Below, piece after piece: positions 28,066 through 37,404 of a DNA stretch of 64,000 nucleotides; positions within the stretch are counted from its first letter, which is position 1; each line of letters starts with the position of its first letter. The position numbers and the translations under genes are program-made. Where the stretch lies: the NCBI GenBank assembly GCA_039796775.1, contig JBDKJD010000004.1:6103-70102 (forward strand). Direction: 5' to 3'. The notes beneath the pieces were generated by a model, which saw only the letters and a program-made list of their open reading frames with translations, had not been told where the DNA came from and did not search any database. Source of the stretch: Candidatus Parcubacteria bacterium. GTDB lineage: Bacteria; Patescibacteriota; Minisyncoccia; Phycocordibacterales; UBA5272.

Positions 28066-29649
28066 ATGAAAATGGTATCTAGAATATTTGAGTCACTCCC
28101 TCCTCTTTTTGTCCCTCTTTCAAAAAAAATCTCTGGAGAAATCACCTGTCTTCCTCAAGTGAAAGACATGTACGCAAAAAATAATTCCCCGTATTATATA
28201 CAACCTACTTGCATCGTCTATCCAAAATCAAGTTCTGACATAAAAGCAGTACTTCATTTCGCTAAAGAATACTCGATGCCTGTCACGGTGCGTGGACTTG
28301 GCGCAAGCACACTTGGTGGATCTCTCGGGGATGGCATCATTGTTGATATGTCGCGATATTTTAATTCGATACGACACATTAACATGTTGGACCAAGTTGT
28401 CACCTTCGATACTGGCATCACCACACGCACACTTATTGAACAGTTAGATAACATAGGGTATGAGATCCCGACACTTCTTGGAGAAGAGACCACATCCTTT
28501 GGAGGACTCTTCGCCACCAGAAGCGCGTCCCCTTATTCATTCTTTCATGGGAGCATTCGTGATTGGGTCACAGAGGTCACAGTCATGTTAGACAACGGCG
28601 AAGAACATGTTATAGGAGAAGGCATAGCCCCAAGCGGGAGATTGCTCGCTATCTATCAACAATTATTCAAACGACTAGGTGAAGAGTCACCTCATCTACG
28701 GGCATTCAATGCCAATCAAGGTGAAGACGCTACTGGATATTATGTTTGGAATACATCGATTGGCCCTCGTCAGCTCATCGATCAATTGTGTGGTAGTGAA
28801 GGGACGCTTGCAATTGTAACCTCTTTTAAGTGCAGAATTATACAGAAGCGTCCTCATACCGTAGTGTCATATCTCCCCTTACTTGAACATGAAATAGAGA
28901 GCGCTGTAGCTATCGCCAAAAAACACGGAGCTGAAGGACTGTTTTTGTATGACGAAGCGTATATGGAGCTCATCAAACGTTACAGGCCAGGACTTTCTCC
29001 TTTATTCTTAAATGCAGAATATTGCCTCATTGCCATACATAAAGATTTCAATAAAAAGAAATTACATGATCGTGTCGCACTCTTCCATTCACAATTACCT
29101 CTCGATGAACTTTCTATAAAAGCAGATTCTGACATAGAAAGAGCAGATACAATCATGAGCTATTCTTTTGTACATTCATTGTTTAATGAATACAGCAAGG
29201 GTTCACTTGTGACACTTTCTTCATTTGAAGGATTAGTTACCAAACCTCACACCATACAAGCCGTCATAAAAACCCTAACTCAGGAACTTGAGACCAAAGG
29301 ATATGTGAGCTCAGTCACAGGATATGTCGGTAGTTCACATATTGGATGTACTGTATTAGTTGACCCATTCAGTGACACCTATAAGGAAACATTTGTCGCA
29401 TTGCACTCGACACTCTTTACTATAATCTCTCCATTGGTATCAGGGGTTTCTATACACAGCGGAGACGGTATCACTAAGACTCCTTTTATAGAACAGATCT
29501 ACAATGAACGCATGTTCAACTTCTTCAAAGAAATAAAATCAATATGGGACCCGGGATTCATCCTCAATCCAGGCAAGAAGACAACAATCACGCTCGCATA
29601 TATTCAAAAATACTTACACGCAAAAGTTAAGACTAATTACCGACCTTAG
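28066..29649 (+). CDS. FAD-linked oxidase (PCMH-type FAD-binding domain oxidoreductase)
   Basis: VTVRGLGASTLGGSLGDGIIVDMSRY FAD_binding_4-type motif; 527 aa. Confidence 0.65.
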   Translation: MKMVSRIFESLPPLFVPLSKKISGEITCLPQVKDMYAKNNSPYYIQPTCIVYPKSSSDIKAVLHFAKEYSMPVTVRGLGASTLGGSLGDGIIVDMSRYFNSIRHINMLDQVVTFDTGITTRTLIEQLDNIGYEIPTLLGEETTSFGGLFATRSASPYSFFHGSIRDWVTEVTVMLDNGEEHVIGEGIAPSGRLLAIYQQLFKRLGEESPHLRAFNANQGEDATGYYVWNTSIGPRQLIDQLCGSEGTLAIVTSFKCRIIQKRPHTVVSYLPLLEHEIESAVAIAKKHGAEGLFLYDEAYMELIKRYRPGLSPLFLNAEYCLIAIHKDFNKKKLHDRVALFHSQLPLDELSIKADSDIERADTIMSYSFVHSLFNEYSKGSLVTLSSFEGLVTKPHTIQAVIKTLTQELETKGYVSSVTGYVGSSHIGCTVLVDPFSDTYKETFVALHSTLFTIISPLVSGVSIHSGDGITKTPFIEQIYNERMFNFFKEIKSIWDPGFILNPGKKTTITLAYIQKYLHAKVKTNYRP

Positions 29650-30043
29650 GTTTTTTGATGAGCGGTTCCACATGAGATTTTGGATCATAACTTTTTCTCA
29701 CGATATCACGAGCCCAGATACGAAACTCTTTCCCCCATTCCCCGTTGACTCTAAAACCGATAGAAATCAACACGTCTGTACTATATACAAGTGTTGTTCT
29801 TGAGACTTTCTTTTTCCCTTCTAGTTGAGTAACTACTATTTCTCTTTCGTTCAAAGGCTTCACAAGTTCTTTGTCAGCAAAAATTTTCTTCAAATGATCA
29901 TTAATGGTTGGAACACTTTTGCCATAAATGCGAGCTATTCTCTTTTGAGTGCTCCACACTTCTTGATCTATCAAGAAGACCCCCTCCTTAACAAGATGAG
30001 GTTGTATATCAACATGTACTTGGGGTAATGAATTCTTATACAT
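29633..30043 (-). CDS. RhuM-family protein, N-terminal fragment only (truncated)
   Basis: VWSTQKRIARIYGKSVPTINDHLKKIFADKEL and YSTDVLISIGFRVNGEWGKEFRIWARD match RhuM N-domain; only 136 aa, overlaps 3' end of FAD oxidase gene by 17 nt. Confidence 0.6.
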   Translation of the reverse strand: MYKNSLPQVHVDIQPHLVKEGVFLIDQEVWSTQKRIARIYGKSVPTINDHLKKIFADKELVKPLNEREIVVTQLEGKKKVSRTTLVYSTDVLISIGFRVNGEWGKEFRIWARDIVRKSYDPKSHVEPLIKKPKVGN

Positions 30044-30054
30044 AGAGCGCAGGC

Positions 30055-30687
30055 TTATGCATGCATAGTATCACGCTCTTCAAAGCGTTGATAGTCTTTT
30101 TTGAATAACTTTTGAGCTATATGGAATATCGTATACGTGATAAAAAAAGCAGCGAATACATCGATCGTATAGTGAAGATGTGAGAGGAGAACGATAATAC
30201 CATTTGTTACCGCTGCAACAATAAAAATAATTCTCAAATAAAGATGATTCCAAAAGATAAGCGCAATCAAAAATGGTAATCCTGTATGGCCAGAAAAGAA
30301 AAGATCGTTCCCAGAGGTGATGAAGTCGAGTAACCTTGATTCCAAATCAAGCTTGGTCGGATAAGGGCCAATATGAGTCATAGAGACGAAGAACGCTCGT
30401 ATGATAATGAATAGCGATACCGCCTTGATGAGAAATGGTGCTACTTTTTTGAATCGTATAGCAAGCGCAACGACAAAAAGTGTCAGCATAATAGCTCCGT
30501 GCACAAAGAGAATCTCAAAATCATATACACGTGTATTACTCAGTATGATATCTTCAACATAATTACTCGCTTTCACTTCTGCGAATCTGCTCGCAATATG
30601 TGTCGCGTACACACTGATAAAGAAAAGTACTATCGCTTCTAACAGTGAGGTGTAATATTTATCTTGCACGTCTGGAGTACTTGCCAT
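30055..30687 (-). CDS. PAP2-superfamily (PAP2_C-like) membrane phosphatase-like protein
   Basis: 6 TM helices; FSGHTG and SHLHYTIDV motifs. Confidence 0.5.
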   Translation of the reverse strand: MASTPDVQDKYYTSLLEAIVLFFISVYATHIASRFAEVKASNYVEDIILSNTRVYDFEILFVHGAIMLTLFVVALAIRFKKVAPFLIKAVSLFIIIRAFFVSMTHIGPYPTKLDLESRLLDFITSGNDLFFSGHTGLPFLIALIFWNHLYLRIIFIVAAVTNGIIVLLSHLHYTIDVFAAFFITYTIFHIAQKLFKKDYQRFEERDTMHA

Positions 30688-30692
30688 AAGAA

Positions 30693-31265
30693 CTATTGGA
30701 ATTCTAACTGATTCACAATATTTTCATATGCTTTCACAATAGGATCATTTGTTGTTATATAGGTAACAGAGAAGAGATATACCGTATCCCCTCGTGTGAA
30801 GGCAACACTATCCCCTTTATACAACCCATCCCATGTATATGAGAGAGCTTCTTTGTTGTTGAGGACTATTGGTCTTCCTGCTCCTTTTGAGAATATGTAC
30901 GGAGATGCTTTCCTCAAGAAAGTATCTGTATCTTCTGTCGAAGTTTTTTGATACACATGAAGCGTGATAGTAGGCGGAGCCTCTCCAGGAACTGTTGCGG
31001 TATTTGAGAAGAACGCTTTAGCGGAATCAGTATTCTCAAAAATCACAATATTTGGCTGTCCAGGTTGAGCGTTGCTCTCACTTTTCATCATTTCTCCATA
31101 TGCTGCTGGGTACAAAAAACTAACGCCTCCGACAACCGCTCTTTTGGCGGTGAGTGATGTCTCTCCCCCTTCGTTTATTTGTCTATTCTTAATAACAAAA
31201 ATGAGTGCAAAAATAAGCACAATCACTCCGCACAAAGCCAAAAAATTATGTTGATGCTTTTTCAT
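30693..31265 (-). CDS. hypothetical membrane-anchored secreted protein
   Basis: N-terminal TM/signal anchor, no motif. Confidence 0.4.
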   Translation of the reverse strand: MKKHQHNFLALCGVIVLIFALIFVIKNRQINEGGETSLTAKRAVVGGVSFLYPAAYGEMMKSESNAQPGQPNIVIFENTDSAKAFFSNTATVPGEAPPTITLHVYQKTSTEDTDTFLRKASPYIFSKGAGRPIVLNNKEALSYTWDGLYKGDSVAFTRGDTVYLFSVTYITTNDPIVKAYENIVNQLEFQ

Positions 31266-31290
31266 AACAAAAGTATAACAAAATTTATTC

Positions 31291-32136
31291 TTAATCTATT
31301 TTAAAATATGTGGACGAGATATTTTTTAATGCGATGACGTTGTAATATCTCGCTTTAGCGATACGAGAAGCATCTATTCTTGATACTACAAAATCTTTAT
31401 CATAGACATAGCTTATGAATCCTTTTGATTCCAAAAAAGTAATCACATCTTGTGGATGATATCCAAATCTTTCATATGCATGCTTTTCTATTTCATAGTA
31501 CACGGCTTTTACTCTCTCTAACACATCACAAGCTCCGATGAGTGCCGGAAGCTCGCTCCCTTCTATGTCTAACTTAAGAAGATCAATTTTCTCTACATCA
31601 TAGAGCAATGACGCGAGAGTATTTCCAGTTACTTCAAGCGGACCGTTCTCTTCGACTGAATTCATATCATTCACATAATAATCTGAGAATCTCACTGATT
31701 GGTTGGTATCTGTTACTGCAACATGTAAGGCTGTGACATTCTTACATTCATTATCGTGTATATTTTTCTTTAAGAAACTAAATGTTCTAGGATGAGCTTC
31801 ATATGCATACACATGACCTCTATCCCCGACTATTTTTGATGCGGTGATAGTGAGTGTGCCCAAATGAGCACCACAATCAACAACCACATCCCCCTCTTTC
31901 AAAAATTTCTCAAAAAATAACTCTTCATCTTTTTCTCTTTCTTTGTGAGTCCATAACCAAAAAGCATACGGCGAATAAAACACTCTCATCGTATACCACT
32001 TTCTAGTGAACTTGAAAAAGTGGGAGAGTCTCGCTCTATAGAGTGCATACTGTAATAAGGGAACTATATTCCCTTTCTTTAGCGCTTTATACACGAAGAG
32101 CTTCTCTCGTAATGTTTTGAAGTATCTCCACTTCAT
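31291..32136 (-). CDS. FkbM-family SAM-dependent methyltransferase
   Basis: VVDCGAHLGTLTI..GHVYAYEAHPRTF..LKLDIEGSE pattern. Confidence 0.7.
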   Translation of the reverse strand: MKWRYFKTLREKLFVYKALKKGNIVPLLQYALYRARLSHFFKFTRKWYTMRVFYSPYAFWLWTHKEREKDEELFFEKFLKEGDVVVDCGAHLGTLTITASKIVGDRGHVYAYEAHPRTFSFLKKNIHDNECKNVTALHVAVTDTNQSVRFSDYYVNDMNSVEENGPLEVTGNTLASLLYDVEKIDLLKLDIEGSELPALIGACDVLERVKAVYYEIEKHAYERFGYHPQDVITFLESKGFISYVYDKDFVVSRIDASRIAKARYYNVIALKNISSTYFKID

Positions 32137-32140
32137 AGCG

Positions 32141-33199
32141 TTAGAGAATTAACATTGAGTCTCCGAATGAATAGAACTTGAACTTCTCTTTTATGGCTAT
32201 CTTGTAAAGATCTATTAAATGTTTATCGGACCCCTTATGCGCAAGGAACGCTTCGACGAGCATCATGAGCGATGACTGCGGCAAATGAAAGTTGGTGATA
32301 AGATGATCTACCATCTCGAAGCGATACGGAGGATGGATAAAAATAGTTGTCACATCTTCTGCCTTCTCGCCTATTGTGTGATCTCTTATATACGACTCAA
32401 GGGTGCGCACCGATGTTGTACCAACTGCGATGATGGGTGTTTTGTTTTCTTTTGCTTTAAGTAAGCGCTTTGCTGTGTCTTCGCTTACCACATACCGCTC
32501 CAAGTGAAGTGCATTATTCTTGAAGTTATCGTCCGTGAGCGGCTTAAAGGTGCCTAAACCAACGTGAAGCGTCACACCCGCTTTCTCTATATTCTTTTCT
32601 TTGAGACTAGCGAATACTTCTTCGGTGAAGTGAAGGGACGCAGTGGGAGCTGCTATCGAGTATGCCTCCTTCCCAAATATCGTCTGATACCTGGCACGCA
32701 CCTTCTCCTCTGTCATCTCTACCCCTTGTATATAGTGCGGGAGTGGTGTCTCACCATAAGTATCAAGAAACTGACGAAAAGTAGCTATACCAAAAAGAGG
32801 CTTAAGAACAAAGACATTCTCGTCCTGTTTCTCAATATGAAATGTATATGCTCCATCATGAGATACTAATTGTTGCCCTACCTCAATTTTTCTGTCGACA
32901 ATCGCTGGGATAATCTCTTCCCCTTCTCGCCACAAGTTCATGAGGAAGAGCACTTCGACCTTTCCTCCTGTTTCTTTATGGAGATACACTCGCGCCGGCA
33001 CCACCCTAGTCTCATTAAGCACAAGGAGTGATTTTTCAGGGAGATACTTTGTGATATTTTTGAAATGATCAAAATGTATAGCACCTGTCTTCGTATCAAA
33101 TACAAAAAGCCTCGACTCATCACGCTTGTCGCTTGGGGCGTTACCTATAAGCTCTTCACTTAGTTCAAATGAATAAAGAGGGTCGTTGAGAGAAGTCAT
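32141..33199 (-). CDS. queA: S-adenosylmethionine:tRNA ribosyltransferase-isomerase
   Basis: YSFELSEELIGNAP...RDESRLFVFD, VLNETRVVPARV, QueA core. Confidence 0.85.
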   Translation of the reverse strand: MTSLNDPLYSFELSEELIGNAPSDKRDESRLFVFDTKTGAIHFDHFKNITKYLPEKSLLVLNETRVVPARVYLHKETGGKVEVLFLMNLWREGEEIIPAIVDRKIEVGQQLVSHDGAYTFHIEKQDENVFVLKPLFGIATFRQFLDTYGETPLPHYIQGVEMTEEKVRARYQTIFGKEAYSIAAPTASLHFTEEVFASLKEKNIEKAGVTLHVGLGTFKPLTDDNFKNNALHLERYVVSEDTAKRLLKAKENKTPIIAVGTTSVRTLESYIRDHTIGEKAEDVTTIFIHPPYRFEMVDHLITNFHLPQSSLMMLVEAFLAHKGSDKHLIDLYKIAIKEKFKFYSFGDSMLIL

Positions 33200-33223
33200 G
33201 GGGAAATACTACCACAAAGAGCG

Positions 33224-33470
33224 TCACTTGCGTAAAGAAACTACACGGAGTAACTCTTGTAGATAGACAGTCTCTGTATGAGAATTAGCGTATGAAAAGA
33301 CACCTAAATAGGAATGTATCTTTGCAACCAAATTATCTCTTAAGGTGGCGTTCTTGTTATATGAATATACTCCCTCTCGTAACTTACGCGAAATACGTCT
33401 CTTAGTCTTCGTGCGCACAACACGTGCATGCGGTAATATTACATATCCTAAAAAATCTATCCCCTGTTTT
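33224..33470 (-). pseudogene. reverse-transcriptase remnant (motif 7 / thumb-X domain only; group II intron or retron-type)
   Basis: KQGIDFLGYVILPHARVVRTKTKRRISRKL and IHSYLGVFSYANSH resemble RT domain 7 and maturase X-domain GWxNYY; N-terminal RT domains absent. Confidence 0.4.
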
Positions 33471-33480
33471 ACTTTTCTTA

Positions 33481-33545
33481 TTCGCCCCACTGCGTAACTA
33501 CGCAGTGGGGCGAATAAAGTACAGCAACTACGTTGCTGTACTTTC
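33481..33545. repeat. two consecutive perfect 13-bp hairpins (GCCCCACTGCGTA-AC-TACGCAGTGGGGC; AAAGTACAGCAAC-TAC-GTTGCTGTACTTT)
   Basis: seen directly; located where the RT N-terminus would be. Confidence 0.6.
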
Positions 33546-33690
33546 ATGCTAAAACTTCTCGGCGAACACCATAGCGCGGAAACGAACCAGAAACCTTGTT
33601 CCAGTTCACGCTCACTTGACCATCGTGATCCAGGTTCACATACGGAACGTTGCTATCGACATCACACGAACCACTATTTTGTATATATGC
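33546..33690 (-). pseudogene. decayed partial duplicate (~80 % identity over ~130 bp) of the 3' end of the gene at 33920..34644
   Basis: ctcggcgaacaccatagcgcggaaacgaacca..acttgaccatcgtgatccagg aligns with 33932-34060. Confidence 0.55.
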
Positions 33691-33871
33691 ATCCATTACA
33701 CCGATTGTATATTGCTATACGTTCTGAGTTTATTCTTGTTGATGCAAGCATTGTGCTGTATCTTGATATACATACATATATACAAGCAGTTTTATATAAT
33801 CAGCAAACTACCATTCTCTCACTTTTGTGAGTAAACTGGCTTAACAGCTGATAGTCAAAAGTATAGTATAA

Positions 33872-33893
33872 AAATAGGCGATGTTATACAACA
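33872..33893 (-). terminator. hairpin GGCGATGTT-ATACA-ACATCGCC followed by U-rich tract on minus strand
   Basis: perfect 8-bp stem immediately after the stop of 33920..34644. Confidence 0.55.
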
Positions 33894-33919
33894 TCGCCTA
33901 AGTGAAAAAGAAAAAAGTA

Positions 33920-34644
33920 TTAAGCAGAAACTGCTCGGCGAACACCATAGCGTGGAAACGAACCATAAACCTCGCGCCAACCCACGCCCACTTGACCATC
34001 GTGATTCAAGCGCACGAACGGAACGCCGCCGTCAGCATAGCGCGAACCACCACAGAAGGTGCCGCCAATGACGTCGAGATGTTTACCTGTTTCGTCAAAG
34101 TATTTGTCTTCAAGCAACAGGCGCTCGGGGAGCGTCATTCCGATTTTCATATAAGGATCAGCAACTCGCACAGCTTGTCCCAAAAATTCAGAATCTGGTT
34201 CAATTCCACCAAGAACCCAAATGGCATAATGCCCATGTGCACTCGTGCGGACATTCACTGTAACAATAGTGTCGAGACTTTCTTCACCGGAATACTTCCA
34301 CTTTGGAAAAGGCCACGCCGCGTAGACCTTTTCACAAGTCAAACCTTTGGCGATGATGAGAAGTCTGTGCGCAACGCTTGGGCAAGGCGGAATGCGAACC
34401 TGCGAGAAGTCCACATCCCAGTTATGGCGCTTTTTGTAAAACGCTTGCCAGTCGAGACGCATGGGAGTAAATTCGTCAAGCACATTTTGAATGCCTCTCG
34501 CAAATTTTTCTTCATTTCATTTTTGTGCGCTTGCCAGTACTTGAGCTGTTCAATGTTCAAAATCTCAGCAAGAAACATTGCGATGAAAGAAGCCAAGTCA
34601 ATAATGACTTTAGCCAAATAGCGTGAGTTCGTGTCATTGTTCAT
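33920..34644 (-). pseudogene. GC-rich hypothetical gene split by a frameshift (ORFs 34339..34644 and 33920..34483 overlap in different frames)
   Basis: N-terminal ORF MNNDTNSRYLAKVIIDLASF.. and C-terminal ORF ..LDEFTPMRLDWQAFYKKRHNWD.. overlap; ~50 % GC. Confidence 0.4.
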
Positions 34645-34689
34645 GACATATTCTCCTTATGCTTACAGTTCGAACCGAAAGGTTCAATT

Positions 34690-34750
34690 AAACCAAAGCA
34701 GAAAACCTTAAAAATTTGATTTAAAAGCTTTCTGCTTTGGTTTAATTGTG
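34690..34750 (-). terminator. 15-bp perfect inverted repeat AAACCAAAGCAGAAA...TTTCTGCTTTGGTTT downstream of pyrG
   Basis: seen directly. Confidence 0.4.
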
Positions 34751-34812
34751 GATTATAGTATGTAAAGAACAGGTATATATTATAACACATAATATTACTA
34801 TGTGTCAAATTC

Positions 34813-36492
34813 TTATTGCCTATTTTTCTTGAGCGCGGCTTTAATAAACGCAGTAAAGAGCGGATGTGGGGCAAGCGGTCGCGCTAGTAACTCAGGATGG
34901 AATTGTGTTCCGACAAAGAACGGGTGCACAGTCTTTGGTAACTCTGCAATTTCCATCAAATGCCCACTTGGTGAGATACCGGAAAATACTAGGCCCTTTT
35001 TTTCTAATATCTCTACATACTCACTATTCACTTCATAGCGATGACGATGGCGTTCTTTGATTATATATTTGCCTCCTTTTTCGTTACCTACTTTGGCATT
35101 CTTGTATGCGTCATAACTTATTGTGCCTTTCTTGAGCACGCAGTCATACACTCCTAGCCTCATAGAGCCTCCGAAGTTCCCTTCTCGTATCTTTTGCTTC
35201 TGATCTTCCATAGTTGCGATAATTGGGTAGGTGGTACTTGGATTCACTTCGACTGTGTGCGCGTCTTTTAATGAAGCTACAGAGCGAGCATATTCAATGA
35301 CGAGCAATTGCATCCCATAACAAAGACCAAAGTACGGTATCTTATTCTCACGCGCAAACTGTATAACATTAATCTTGCCCTCAATACCAGTTGACCCGAA
35401 TCCGCCTGGAACCAAAATACCGTCCACATCTCTAAGAAGCTTCTTGCACGCATCACGCCCACGCTTACCTTCAAACTGCTTAGCGTTAAGCCATATAAGA
35501 CGCGGCTTAACATTAAGAGAAAATGATGAGAACTTCACAGCCTCTATCACAGATACATACGCATCAGATAATACGAAATCTCCAGTATTAAAATACTTAC
35601 CGACAACAGCAATCACTACTTCTTTTTTAACAGTGTGAACCTTCTTAGCAAAAGTGCTCCATTCTTTGAGATTAGTTTTCTTGGGAGTAAGTGAAAGCGT
35701 AGCTTCAAGAAGGGTCCCTAATCTATCCTTTTCAAAATTAAGCGGTACATCATAAATGCTCTTAATATCAGGCGCAGATATTATATGCTCGACAGGAATA
35801 TTACATGAAATGGAAAGCTTCTCTTTACGCCTTGTATCAAGCGGAGTCTCCGCACGTGCGATGATAAAGTCAGCGTGAAGACCGTATGAATTGAGCTGAT
35901 GCACAGCATGCTGAGTAGGACGGGTCTTCATCTCCCCGACCGTTCCTGGAATCGGGAGATACGAAACCATAATCACCACCACGTCATCCTTGTGTCTAAT
36001 CTTAAGCACGCGCGCAGCCTCGATGAACATAATATTCTGATAGTCTCCAACTGTTCCACCTATTTCAATAATAGAAATATCTGACTTGCTGGTACGGGCC
36101 GATTCTTGTATGCGGTCTATGATTTCGTCACGCACATGAGGGACTGCTTCAACGCACTTGCCACCGTACTTGAGCGCTCGCTCTTTTTCTATCACAGAAG
36201 AATACACCATTCCGGAAGTCATATAATCAGCATGATGGGCATCTTTGTTTAAAAATCTCTCATAATTCCCCATATCTTGATCAGTCTCCAGACCTGAATC
36301 AAGCACAAACACTTCTCCGTGTTCAGTCGGATTCATGGTACCTGCGTCCACATTAAGATATGGATCTGCTTTTATGATATTGACCTTATATCCCTTAGCC
36401 TGAAAAATGGTCCCAATAGAAGAGGTGGTGATTCCTTTACCAACACCTGACATGACTCCACCTATAACGAAGATATACTTGTGGCGCTTCAT
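34813..36492 (-). CDS. pyrG: CTP synthase
   Basis: KYIFVIGGVMSGVGKGITTSSIG amidoligase P-loop and C-terminal GATase domain (GLCYGMQ, HRHRYEVN). Confidence 0.9.
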   Translation of the reverse strand: MKRHKYIFVIGGVMSGVGKGITTSSIGTIFQAKGYKVNIIKADPYLNVDAGTMNPTEHGEVFVLDSGLETDQDMGNYERFLNKDAHHADYMTSGMVYSSVIEKERALKYGGKCVEAVPHVRDEIIDRIQESARTSKSDISIIEIGGTVGDYQNIMFIEAARVLKIRHKDDVVVIMVSYLPIPGTVGEMKTRPTQHAVHQLNSYGLHADFIIARAETPLDTRRKEKLSISCNIPVEHIISAPDIKSIYDVPLNFEKDRLGTLLEATLSLTPKKTNLKEWSTFAKKVHTVKKEVVIAVVGKYFNTGDFVLSDAYVSVIEAVKFSSFSLNVKPRLIWLNAKQFEGKRGRDACKKLLRDVDGILVPGGFGSTGIEGKINVIQFARENKIPYFGLCYGMQLLVIEYARSVASLKDAHTVEVNPSTTYPIIATMEDQKQKIREGNFGGSMRLGVYDCVLKKGTISYDAYKNAKVGNEKGGKYIIKERHRHRYEVNSEYVEILEKKGLVFSGISPSGHLMEIAELPKTVHPFFVGTQFHPELLARPLAPHPLFTAFIKAALKKNRQ

Positions 36493-36567
36493 TATTTATT
36501 TTTAAAGAATAGCATATATTTCAAATTAAAAATACCTTTCCAGTAACAATATTAGCTAAAAATATAA

Positions 36568-37401
36568 TCACCGTGTTAGTTTTTTAAAAAGAATTCTTAA
36601 AAACTGAACAAGTGTTACATTATTTTCTTTCACACCATCAAAAAGCTTCTTTTCGTCATCTGTCATATCTTCAAAGACTTCACTAAAATCCCCTCTTACA
36701 TAATGACCAACAAGTGCCTGTAAGACAATATCTTCTGGCACACCAAACTCTTTTGAAAAACCATGAACCGCTTCTCTTGTTGCTGTTTTTTCAAAAAAAT
36801 ATGTTTGATGATTCTTAAAGTCTTTATCAAAATTGCTATACATTTTCCTATCACCACCTCTTTTTATATATTCTACCAAAACATGATCTGCTACAAACTC
36901 TGTAACGGCTTCATTTAAAGCAACGAATGTTCTGGTGTCATCAAGAAAATGTTCTTTTGCGTTAAGTTTTCTACACCCCTCTAAACCCTTACCTCCTCTT
37001 CCAGAAAAAGAGTGGACTAGTTCATGTAAAATTATTTTTAAAATACCCAACTCTGATGTTTGGTCTGACAGAAGCTCAGAACTAACGCCGATAGAACCAC
37101 TATCATAATATGCCAAACCACCAGAGTGATTCATACGTTTAGAATAATTAACAAATATATCTTCGCCAATAATTCTACGTATTCTTTCTTTTATTTTTAA
37201 AAATTGAGCATAGGGGTCTGCATCGTCACCTACTATAGACTTGAGATGAATCTCTCTAAAAATATCTATTAGTAAATCAATATTTAACTTTTCTAAAATA
37301 TTTTTTAACTCAGCAGTTTTCTTTTCAACGTAGTCCATCTCTTCCTCGCTTTTGATCGGAACATTGACATCAAATTGTGGCTCATGTTTTCTTCCAAACA
37401 T
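36568..37401 (-). CDS. HExxH putative zinc metallopeptidase-like protein (paralog of 40443..41237)
   Basis: ILHELVHSF + downstream NEAVTEFVADHVLVEYIKRGGD; ~35 % identity blocks shared with 40443..41237. Confidence 0.5.
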   Translation of the reverse strand: MFGRKHEPQFDVNVPIKSEEEMDYVEKKTAELKNILEKLNIDLLIDIFREIHLKSIVGDDADPYAQFLKIKERIRRIIGEDIFVNYSKRMNHSGGLAYYDSGSIGVSSELLSDQTSELGILKIILHELVHSFSGRGGKGLEGCRKLNAKEHFLDDTRTFVALNEAVTEFVADHVLVEYIKRGGDRKMYSNFDKDFKNHQTYFFEKTATREAVHGFSKEFGVPEDIVLQALVGHYVRGDFSEVFEDMTDDEKKLFDGVKENNVTLVQFLRILFKKLTR

Positions 37402-37404
37402 AAC

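Noticed and set aside
33902-34621. 239-aa plus-strand ORF
   Set aside because: Antisense to the GC-rich minus-strand gene. High GC gives long spurious ORFs; the minus-strand reading has the RBS/terminator context.
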